Shown piece after piece: positions 39,601-51,600 of a stretch of DNA of 64,000 nt. Below the pieces are notes generated by a model. It had not been told where the DNA came from, ran no database searches, and worked only from the letters and a program-made list of their open reading frames with translations. The number at the start of each line of letters is the position of its first letter. Within the stretch, counting starts at the first letter, position 1. Source of the DNA: Phoronis australis (lineage: Eukaryota; Animalia; Phoronida). The stretch covers positions 248,001 through 312,000 of the forward strand of contig NMRA01000077.1 of assembly GCA_002633005.1 (NCBI GenBank), read 5' to 3'. The translations under genes were made by a program, and so were the position numbers.

Positions 39601-42600
39601 CTTGTATCAGAGTAAAAGTAAGTCGACAACAAATTCTCAAGCCCTCTTTTCTGGGACTGCACGCGCGACATATACATGAGTCATCTGTCACTCACATGTT
39701 GCAGCCAATGTATCACGTACTCCAGCGGTGGTAACGTAGAGGTGCACACCTCCCAAGTCGCACATCAAAAGAGTACGGCGGCCGTTCTAAATAAAATATT
39801 GCACTGGCTTGGCTCGATTAAGTGCTTGGGTGTTGCATATACTCGAATGCATGTGACCATAAGTTAGCGCTGATTCAACTTGAGTCTTGTGGCACATTCC
39901 TTGAAATTAACATCGGGAAAGGGTGTACTAACAAACGTGAACGTCAGGCAGTACGGCTTTGGGTACACTTTGGAGGCACGCAGTGAAAAAAGTGTGCAGT
40001 CAGCATGTCGATGGGTTGTGCTATGACGGGAACGGCGTATTTCCCTGACTTCAAAGTTTAAAATGCCTTGTGGAATTGGTCTTTCAAATCGAACAATAGT
40101 TTAAATATGACAATCTATTCGCAGCGCTAACTTTGTCCTTTTTGCTCAATATTTTGTTTCCACCTCAATCGCTTAGATTTTCCTGCAGGTCTCACTAATC
40201 GGCGTGCAGCTAGCTGCGTCGGTTACGGGTTAAGTTTCGTATGCCTTGAGTAAAATGCCTTTGTCTTCAAATGACGGTCCGTAGCGAGTTCCGTGACAAT
40301 TGGCGGGTAAGTTTCCCCTTCTGTTTCACTTTACTCGGATTCCTCTGGCTTGAACATACACGGTGCTAATCCATCCAAACTTTGTTTCTACATTTTCTTA
40401 ATCTTCCATTTCGCAGTACTTTTCATTGAACGTCCGTCGATTGCAAGGTATTATACTTTTCTAACACAAGTGCGAAAAGTCTCGGGTCATTCTTTTTCAT
40501 CATGCTGCGAGTGAGCCTTTCGCTTCGTTAAGATGTGTAACGCAGACTTACTCCCTGACATAATCCCGTAATTATCACGGACCGACTACAAATTAATTCT
40601 CCGGTACACGCATTCCACCAGGATGTCGCTGTGGGTCCGACAAATCTCCATTCATTGCAAACCTGCACGCAGGGACCCTGCTCGTTAAATCTGTTCGTTA
40701 AACCTCGACGTCTTTGTGAATAAGCATTTGATGTTAGACTGAGTAAGTGGTCCCCACCGAGAACGCGCTACTGTCTTCGGCGACGCTAAACTACTGATCA
40801 AGGGACAGTGAGTTGAAGGATATTACATGCACGTGGAAGTGTCGAGATAAGTGTCGCATAGTATTTGAGCTTGGTTATCTCTAACAGTTGTAATTTTGAA
40901 AATCTGTGAAATATGCACCAGACACCGTAAGGTAAGCTTCCTGTGGCAACGGACTGTTCGATACGTCTTGGGTACCAACGATGACGTCATTTGCGCCGAT
41001 TAGAACGAGCGCCACCTAAGTTTTTTTTTGGCGCTAAATGGGGTTCATGATGGGGTCGTACGATAGTAATTGGCGTAATTAGCTAATGCCAGGAGTAAAG
41101 GGAGGGATGATATGTTTGTGTCGATCACTGATACAGATATTTAACATGTTCAAAAGTCATTTGGCCGTTATGTAGGGTCTTTAATGTAATGGGTTCAAGT
41201 CCCACTGGGACACACTGCTAGACTCTGGAGTCAGATCTCTAGCTCCTCAGCTTTACTTTAACAATATATTAATAAAACATAAACATGTTTCCAGCCTGCA
41301 CATGACTAGTACAACGTGTATCAAACAATGCTATTACTTTTTATATTATATTACTAAGCGGATGTACCATAACCTCCTTTCCTTCTCAGCCAGCCAGCAC
41401 CTACCTCTGTGGTCTGTTCCTGGAACGCATACAGTATGCCGTCAATAAGCTGTTCCTCCAGACGCGAGTCAATGTCAGCGGCGCCTAGATTCTCCATGAT
41501 CTTCTCGATTGTCTCCATCACCATCTTTCTGTATTGCTCCGCCTCATCTTTTAGGTCATCTACCACCCGCGTGATGATCTCAGCCGAGCCCACCTTGTTG
41601 GCGATTTCCACCGTCGTGTCTACCAGCTGCAACAATAGAGGGTCAATGTAAAGGCACGTCGTGAACACAAAGCAAATGAGCATGCAGTTCAAGAACACAT
41701 AAACAATGAACTGGCAGCTCCTGATCACGTAGCCAAGGAACTGATCTATCAAAAAGAGAACTTGAACATAGCAGCTTTGGTCAGATTCAAATCTGCTATG
41801 AATCTACCTTTGCCAAAAGTTAGACCTTTTGCTGTTACAAAACTGGTTCTCGGAGGATATTTCTGAGCTTGTTTGCTGGTGTATGCACCAAGCATAGTCT
41901 CACGTCATTTCATGCACCAAGCATAGTCTAACGTCAGTTCTCTCCAGGTCCACAAATGACTTCCCATCAGAGAAAGGAACTATATCAAAAGTTGGTTTCC
42001 ATGAGAGAAGGTGGATTATAATTATAGCTTTAATGGTAAGAAGTATAAATACTACAACACTCATGAGCTCTATATTAAATGTAACAATGCAATGGTTGAT
42101 GACACCCTTAAACGGAAAGTGCATCAGTTTGCAACGAACAACATTTCTCCAAATTTATCACCTCCCTGCACAGCAATACATGCTCCTACAAGTAAATGAT
42201 CCTACAAAATGAGCGCTCACTTTCATAATATACAAAATTATTTCCCATTTTCAAAAAATACAAAAAGTTTCCCGAGCCCAGCCACCCACCCTGAAAGTAT
42301 TTAAAAGGCTTTGAAACTTTTATTAATCAGGATTCACATATCAATACACCACCTATTACAATAGTGACTGGATGCTTCACACTTGTGAGCTGGACAATAA
42401 CTGTGAAGGGTCCTTAAATCCATCAAAAAGATTAAAAATGCCATGTTGTGGAAAAAAATACCAGAAAACTGTATAAAGTCTACAACGGAAAACATTACCC
42501 TTCAACATTTAGTCAAATAGCAGCAGGTTACCTGTCTGTAGTTTCTCCTGTCCAATGCCATCCGCTGGTTCCAGAAGTGTTTGAAGAACGGTGGCAGGAT

Positions 42601-45600
42601 CTCATCCTTGATGTATTGGGGCTCCACACCATCCGTGGCACAACACTGTTTGACCACCTGAACAGGACAAAAAGCATTTAGTTGCGTAAAGCAACAATGT
42701 GTATATCAACGATTGTGAGACATTTCAAGGTCACAAAATATATATACTATACAATAACTGACTTTCACTGAGGAATAAATATTTTTCAGTCCCCAAAAAC
42801 TTGATGATGACCGAGACTGAGCAGAGGGCATTATTACATTATTGACCAAGTGTGTGTTTTGATCTATGATTACATCAGCTAAGCAATCCAAGTCAATCAC
42901 TCATTTGGTCAGTTAGCTGACAGATTTTCACCCAAAACATCGTGGAGAAATTTATAGAAACTTCCAGGACAAAACAAGAATCAGTTATACTTTGGAAAAG
43001 ATATCATGCTTGCATCATGTGAAGTTTTTGATGCAGAACAATTCACATCCACTCACCTTTAAGACAATCTTCTTCATCTCTTCATCAGGTGACTGGAATT
43101 CTCGCACTAGGATCAACATCACCTCTCTGGTATAGTAGTTGGCATACTCAGCGTCCATCAGTGGGATCAAGTAACCAATGGCCTTCAGGAACGCTGCCAG
43201 ACCTTTACCACGGTGCTGCCTGATACCCTTCCACAGGGGCTTCAACACGCTGTCAAACGACTCGATACCATATGGTGTGGCGGCCTCAGCGAGGGCGGCG
43301 AGCGCCAAGGCAGTGATGGTACGCACCTTTTGTTGCTCATCAATCAAACCTGTAAGGGAGTGACAGAGGAAGGAATTAGAAACGTGTGAAGAACAGATAG
43401 GTATTAAAATATTTGGAATCATCAAATGCAAAGATGTGAACAACCTGAAACAAACAACAACATGCACTGCACCCCACTTACTTCATGAAATTACAAGAGC
43501 AACACAGAGCCTTGAAATGCAGCTACGACCACACCGCAAATGGCACTGCTCTAGGGATGTTTATTAGTATCATAAAAATGGCCACTAGATGGCACAAAAT
43601 ACATCAAACCTGTGTAAGAATAAAGTTACCATCGTGCGCCATACAGAAGATTATTTGTCCTAAAATAGAAAGTTGCTGTTGTCTTTGTAATAGAAACTTA
43701 TTTGCAAATTTTCGTGAAAATCTGTCAAGTAACTCTGAAGATACACCAGCCAAATTAAATACCACTAGAGGGCAGAGTAGTTGCCAGATCCATACATAAG
43801 TCATGGTCAGCCATTGTCACAACTTTCATCACATTCAAGTAAAAATCTTTCTAAAGTCCTAGTTGCTGGAAGACTCATTGCTATAACTCTCGTATTCCAA
43901 GTTGGTTCCTAGCCTTTTGTGACTGAGTCATAATAAATGACATAAGTCTGTATTCAGAAATAACTTGTCTGAAGTCAGATAATTCCATTAACTGCAGGAC
44001 TTCCCTAATTAACCGAGCTGCGCAGACAATAACTGCCTTGTGCAATGGGTTGACATAGTACTATTCTTTGTATTGAAAAGCAGTTGTTTTGCTGTCAAAC
44101 TATGCCTTTAATAAAAAAACCCATCTGCCAAATTTCATGAAACTCGTCAAGAAACTATTAAGATGCAGATGTAGATGTAAAATACTAAATTTCCAGGAGA
44201 CACAGCGATAGTCCAACCAAAATAAAAGTTGTGACCTCATCATTTCCAAAGAAACACATCTGCCAACCTTCACAAAGCTCTCTCCTCCAAGAGGTTTAAA
44301 AGATACAGTAGTGGATGCCAGATGCCTGGACGCTAGACAGATGACTGCAATACGTGACCACATATAATATATATATATACACACGGGCACATATTAAAAA
44401 CATTTTTGATACATGTAGTGTATTTGTACCAGGAAATGCCTACATTCTGCTGTACTTCACAAAAAATAACAGTTAAACAGCCATGTTCACTTTCAGTTGA
44501 TCAAATGCCCACCAACTGACTGCAAAATGCCTTGGGTGTTGACCCAAAACAATATGCTATACCAAAATCTAAACTATACTATGTTTAAAGCTGAAATGCA
44601 CCAACCTTGTGTCAAAAATAACTGCTGATTTGCGACATTCAATGTAATGGAACTGGTCATTGTCCTAACTCAGATTACAGGTACTTTCTGTGCTTGTTAT
44701 TGTTCAAGGCAAACTTCAATAATTTGAGTCATCATTTAATACACTGAAAGTGTTGCAGCTATCGTACTAACTGGTAACTCCATCTAAAGTATAGGCTATC
44801 CATCAGTTTCTGCCCATAGACCTAAAAGGAAATCACGCACAAAATACTGAAATTGTACTTGCTGCTACCCAGTGAAAATCTAGCTTTTGAGACTAAGCAT
44901 GTGATAAACATCAACACTGACATCAGTATGCCTGATAGGTAGTGTCAACACGTGATAAACATCAACACTGACATCAGTATGCCTAATAGGTAGTGTCAAC
45001 TAACCGTGCTCTATAATCTCGACGAGACTCTTGAGATGGGGCAAGATAGCACAGCCCATGAGGATAGCTATCTGCTGCACAATCTTGATGCCTGTATGTC
45101 TGGCCTGCCATGACTTCTTGGACTTGCACACGGCCTTCAGGAATGGCAGTAGTGATGGGATACCTGTCAAATGAGCGTCATACTTTTACACAAGAGTCCA
45201 GTATTTACAGAACACACAGAGTATTACATGAAATAACATTTTAACACCAGAATTCTAAAGTTCTGGACCAACCTTAGTAAGTCAGGGTTATTTTCACCAA
45301 GAACCGATAAAAACTTCACTGAGGGAATCGATCCCGTGAATCTAGTGCTGACTGGACAACTTTATAGTTTTGAAAGCACTGCTTAATTTAAAAAAATGCT
45401 AATCAGGTAGCCTTTATAACACTAAGATATCTGCGATTACAAGACGAAAATTTGGATCAATTACAGGAAACAAGATCTCGTAGTAACACCAGTGCCTCTG
45501 CCTTTGCTTCAGTAACTTGATTCCAATTATCCCTTTATCAAATCACAACCAGGTGACTGCAAATCATATTTAAGAGACCATCAGAGCAAAAATCTAGTTA

Positions 45601-48600
45601 CCATACCTCACACTTAAAGATAACACTTGCTGCAAACAAACGTGTGTGTGTGTGTACTCACCCAGAGCTGAAGCCACAACAGCAAAGGCCCGAGCTGTTG
45701 TGTTACGTACATACTCATCCATGTTGTCAATATCAGGTCTCATAGTGGAGATCATGGTTGCCAGACCAGCAGCCTGAAACATATCACAATTGGCATCGTA
45801 GAGCAACATACAAACTAGCAGAAATGGTACAGAAACTGGTCCGGCAGGATTGATAACTCATACCACAAACTGGTCCGGCAGAACACACATCAACTGTGCA
45901 AAAACGAATTCTACAAGAGAATAAGCAACTTTTTTCATCAAGAATTTTCATAATTCAAAGGCCAGAGTGAATTATTGTTAAGTCAAAAACGTGTTCGCAA
46001 GTGAAAGGAAGCTACCAAGCACATTTGCCGCATTGGCACAAAACTGTTTCAACCCAACAAATACTGTCATCACTACACAATCACTTCTACAGGCTTTCAG
46101 AAAATCTGTTACCTTAGCCAAATTGGAGATAATCTCACGACCCTCCACACGGGCATAGTAATCTTCATCAATCAATAATGGTTCGATGACGACCAGGATC
46201 TTATGGACAAATGGACGAACGAGATCATCCAGCTTGTACAGGATGCGATCAATGACCTTGACCAGTAGATGGCGCTCCTGGTCCTCGAGTGTAGGTGACA
46301 TAAGCAGTGGTAGGATCTGGTTGAACAGTGGGCCAGCACCAAACTCGCGTGCCTTGTCTGTGATCTGACGAAGTGCAGCCTACAATGGAATGAATGTAAT
46401 ATTACACTAAGAACACAATTCTTGTATTCCTCTCATTAACCACGGGCTACAACAGAAATAGATGCAATGCTCAGCCAAGCGTTTTTCGCCATTTGACGTA
46501 AACCAAGCTAAAAAGATGTAACTCGTATATAAACATCATGGATGCGTCACATTGGATGCAAGCATTGATAACTTCTAAAAATCGAGAATCATCCACTTTG
46601 TTTCTTGGGCATCACCCATGATTTCCATTGATACAAGTACCTATGCATTTATGGCATACATTATACATTTATGTTCTCCGTAAACGTTTTGCTGGTTGAC
46701 AAGTAATTACAAATCCCCACTGACCTCGTGTATACATAACATCCACTATATCCGACCCTTTCTTTCATTTCACAAACACCGTGTCTAGATGAACTTGAAA
46801 TGCTAGCTAATCCAAATAGTTATGTTTCAGTAGTCAACACACTTTTTTATGGCGAAAGACCCCATTGCAACTAAATAATCTACATGAGACGGAGAGTATT
46901 ATAAATTCCCATCGAATCCCGACAACTTAGACATTGGCACAACAACATCAAATGATATAAAATGTCAAAATGTCACAACACATGCCTTCCTCATGGGAGG
47001 AGTTCCATTCTTAATCTTCAACAACAGTTTCATGATCTTCCTCTCCAGTTGTTCTGCTGCAGTAAGAGAATCCTCGTCCACTTCAACCTGAAACATTCAC
47101 ATAACCAATTGTAGAAATGATGAACAAAACATTCAATGCCATCTCGTATCACTCAAAAAATGCATCATGTTTAACAAATCATCTTACAGATACTTTATGT
47201 ACATCTGTTGCAAGGACAACATCAAGGTTGTGGTGGGTCCAAGTAACTGCACATCTATGCCCTAAATGAGGAGACTCACCAATAACTTGTCAAAGTACTG
47301 CATGTCATCAGGTTTCATCATGGGTAGGTTACCCTTTGGTTGCATGTCCACTATCTGCACCTTACTGTCCGGGGTCTGCATGCGGAAACCACTGGTACCC
47401 GCCATCGGTGTTGGAGTGGCTATCAGCTTACGCGCTGGCGTCCGGATGGGCACATAGCCGGCAGGGGGTTGTAACACCTGAAAACAGTAGCGGAAGCATA
47501 GTGTGTAAATGTAATCATTAACAACTAAACGATCGTCTTTAGTGGTCACGTCGTCTTTAGTGGTCACGTTCCATCTTTTCCACAGCACTGGCAGGACTTA
47601 ATCCTATTCAACAACCGTTTGTGCAATTTACTTTTGTCAGTATTTGATCAGCACATAATTTTTGATGCTATTTAATGCTGTTCTAATGATTTTAATGCTG
47701 TTCTAATAATGATTTTAATGCTGTTCTAATAAAGATTTTAATGCTGTTCCAATAATGATTTTAATTCGTAATCCTGCAATCAATCAAGTGTGAAAAATGT
47801 TAAGAAACATTTTTGGGATAACTGTAGTTTTTTTCAAAATCGGCGAGTCCCGATGTTAACTTCCAGCCATTAGAATTAATTGTAATAGAAGTCAAAGCTG
47901 TCCTCAATTTAATATTACTAGAAATACTCAGCTACTTGCCACACTGGTTTTTAACTCTACTAGCAAAGCTTTGGGAAGTGATCACTGTGGTTGTAGGTAA
48001 AACCCCCGTCTTGGGGATAATCTCGAATAAACAGCACTGATGCTGATGTCACTTTAAGAACACCAAATGTTCAACAACAGATCTCATAAAACACATGACA
48101 AAATGGAGACATACATGGCAAACACCAAGTAACCAGCACAACAAATACGATTTACCTTATAGCCTGGCGGGAACATTGTATCCAGTTCATCATCAGCCAG
48201 AGGTCTGTTACGCTCGTCAATCTCCCGCTGCCAGGTGTACGCCTGCATCTGTTCTGGGGTCATGTGCATGAGTTGACCTGAGGTCAAAGATAAGACGTTT
48301 GAGAAGGATTGCTGGAGACAGCAGGTATCAAGAGACGGACCAGTTACAAAGGTTACATACACGATGAAGTAATCACACAAGCATGTAAATTTTTAGAAGC
48401 AACTAATCATAGTAAACATAAGGTTGGCAAGAGATGGTGTTAAATAGCATACATATCACTTTCTCTTTTTCTCCCCAGTAAATTCATAATATACAGAACC
48501 ACTTCTTTAATATTTCTTCACTAAGTAAAAACTTGATAACCCCAGCCCAGCATACTTCAACTGTATGGATAAAAAAGATTGAAGAGCAAGTATGTCAAAA

Positions 48601-51600
48601 TACGGAGGACTAGATCACACTTCTCTTCCAATTATCATCAGTGAAACCAAGTTGGCTCCACCTACATATCTTTGTAGTGCATTCTGGGTAATCAGTTGAG
48701 CAAACATGATTCTGGCAGTTTATCATGGTCAATATATGGTAACTCATATTAGCATCTACTTACTTTCCCCTAATCTCTATCTCACCTGGAGTGGGAGTGG
48801 CCATTGCCATTGCAGCCTGCCCGGACGGGGTCACACCACTAGGGGTGAACCCGCCAGGGGTGAAGCCCCCTGGGGTCGCTCCACTAGGAGTGGCACCACC
48901 TGGGGTCATGCCCCCTGGAGTCATAGACGGGGTCATTCCACCAGCTGAAGGAGTGCCACCTGGTGTCTCGTCCCAACGCGATCGTCGTTTCGATGCACTT
49001 GGGGTGGGGGTCTCTTGAATCAGGTCCCCACCGCCAGCACGGTCTGTGCGGGGAGTCTCAGCCCATCCACTACCATGACCAGGGGTCTCTGGAATGTTGA
49101 ACATTGTTAGAAAGAATATTGTGAATATGTTGCACACTTGTTACATCAGAATATCAGACTTACAGAAACACATCAAAACTTGATGAGTATAATTTGTAAT
49201 AGCTATTACTTGGACATGTGCTTTATGGTAATGTTTGTGACCTTTTCATGACCCTGTTCTATTAGCCTTATTTCAGTTTATTTCTGCCTGAACATGAAAC
49301 AGAACCAGACTCAAAATGTACTCAGTATTCATGTAGTATTTTATGTTATGTCTCTTAGTGATTAGCTTTATTGTTGAGTTTGAGAAAGTGCCCATAAAAT
49401 TTGTAAATGGAAAACAATGGAACCAAATGTGCCAATGAAGTATACACAAAAGTCTGCTTCAGGTAGGGACACAGAGAAACAGAAGACAGAAGCAGCCTAT
49501 ACACCGTCGCTCTGCCAAAACTTGATTCACTAACACTAAAACAGAGAGACAATTTGCAGATTCTCTTAATCAGCCAATGTTCCTTCTCACCTCTTTCCGT
49601 CCTTGGAGTTTCATCCCATCTGTTCCTCCTGGCGCTGGGTGTGGCACTGGGCGTGGCGTGACCTGGGGTATCCCTGCCAGGAGTCATGGCCCCAGGAGTA
49701 GCGTGCCCTGGGGTTTCTGCCCAATTCCTCTCACTCTGACCAGGTGTTGCCCCAGGCGTCTCACTGCCCAGGGGTCGCTTGCGACCAGGTGTCTCCTCTT
49801 CCCAAGAAGATTTCTTCTTGACCGGTGGTCCTGGGGTGGGGGTCTCTGCTTCTGCAGGTTGGTCCCACCGTCTGCGTTTCGGTGCCTTGGGTGCCTCCTG
49901 CCCATTGACAGCTTCCAGATCACCAGATTTCGCTTTGTCATGCATCTGTTGTCTGTAGGCTTTCTATAAGAGTAAGTCAAGAGTGTCACACAAAGACGTC
50001 ACATGGCAGTTACCAGACAGAATATGCCTTTACAACAGCATTTCTGTTGTAGCTGCACTGCATACATAACTGCAGTGTGATTCCGTAACACCAGATATAA
50101 ATACCAAAATTAACGTACTTCATTTTCAAGTGTAAAGTAACGGATGTTTTTAACATTTTGGTGAAATGCCTTAAAATTCATCGTGTTCAGCAGTCAAGTT
50201 ATAAAATTAAAGGCCTTAACCACAGAAAAATTTAGCAAATGAAAATCCCATAACAACATTCTGAAGTTTCCCACAAAAACTGTCACATGGTGGGGACAAG
50301 CGGAAATGAGCAACTTCAGCCACAAAAATGGCTGGAACGTCACCTACAGATTGTACAAAATTTAATCAGTTCTCACTCAGTTTTTATTCCCTTTTTCAAA
50401 ATGGCACGGAGAACAGCCTTGGTGTGAGAGGGACCTTATCTAAATTTAATTGCTCATCAAAACAATGTGACACAGTATAAGAGCACTTGGTGTGAGAGGG
50501 ACCTTATCCAAACTTAATTACTCAACAAAACATGTGACACAGTATACGAGCACTCACCTGATCCTTCTTAAACATCTGTTCTCGCATGATGTCCACATAG
50601 GTGCGGCTGTTCTGTAATTTGGGATCAGGTGTCTTGCCACCTACAACGAACAAAAAGACCGTCACGACAAGAGTCGTGACATAATGAACACATGAGTGAG
50701 TGATCTTACAGTACAAGTACGAGACTAACAACTAGTTAGGCAAGCCAGAGAGTCTTCAAGGAAAAACACCAGCACAGGTAACACTCTGTACAGGTAACCC
50801 TCTGCACAGAATTTAAAGCCATACTTTTTTGAATTCCTTATCGAATTTTAAGTCACGTTTTTGAAATTATTCAACTTTCTGAACCGAAGTGTATAGCTAA
50901 TACAAGACTAGTTTTCCGTCTCTGAACTGGCTACCACAGCTGGCAGACAGCCCTAAAAGCTCAACCCAAGTTATCAGCGTTCGTCACATGTAACGCTGGT
51001 GTTACGAGCATCGCTTTGGGGCCGAGTCTCCAGCAACAACACCACGTAAACACCAAACAATACATAGTCAGGTCTATTGGCAAACTGCATGGACACTAAA
51101 GAAAACACGACAACCATAATATTGTACTAGTGTCACCGTGGTGTTTTGTACCCAGCTAAGAGAACTGGAACCATTGAAAACTCCCCAGCGTCGTCTCTGT
51201 TGCTACAACAATAGTCTTATGACACTGTTGCTATACGTACGTATCATCGGCTTCCATTAGTCTCACCAACCGCGTTGACCACTCATAAAACCACTGGCCA
51301 TGCCTAAAACAGTCTCAAAAGGCTCACAGTTATGCCCAAACAGGGAGTTTGGCGGCCAAAAGTCAAAAACTAACCATGACAGACATCACTATGAGACAAC
51401 TGGGAAAAACTTAGGAATGGAAATGCTTCACTAGATAATTCAAGAAAAATTGTAAATAATTACTTCAAAAAACAACAAAACTCAGATTTTTTAGATTAAT
51501 ATATCTGAACATTTTCGAAAATCAGAAAAGCTTAATATTCTACAGACGATTACCAAATGCCACGTCGAGATTATCATATTGCAAATAATACTTGAATATC

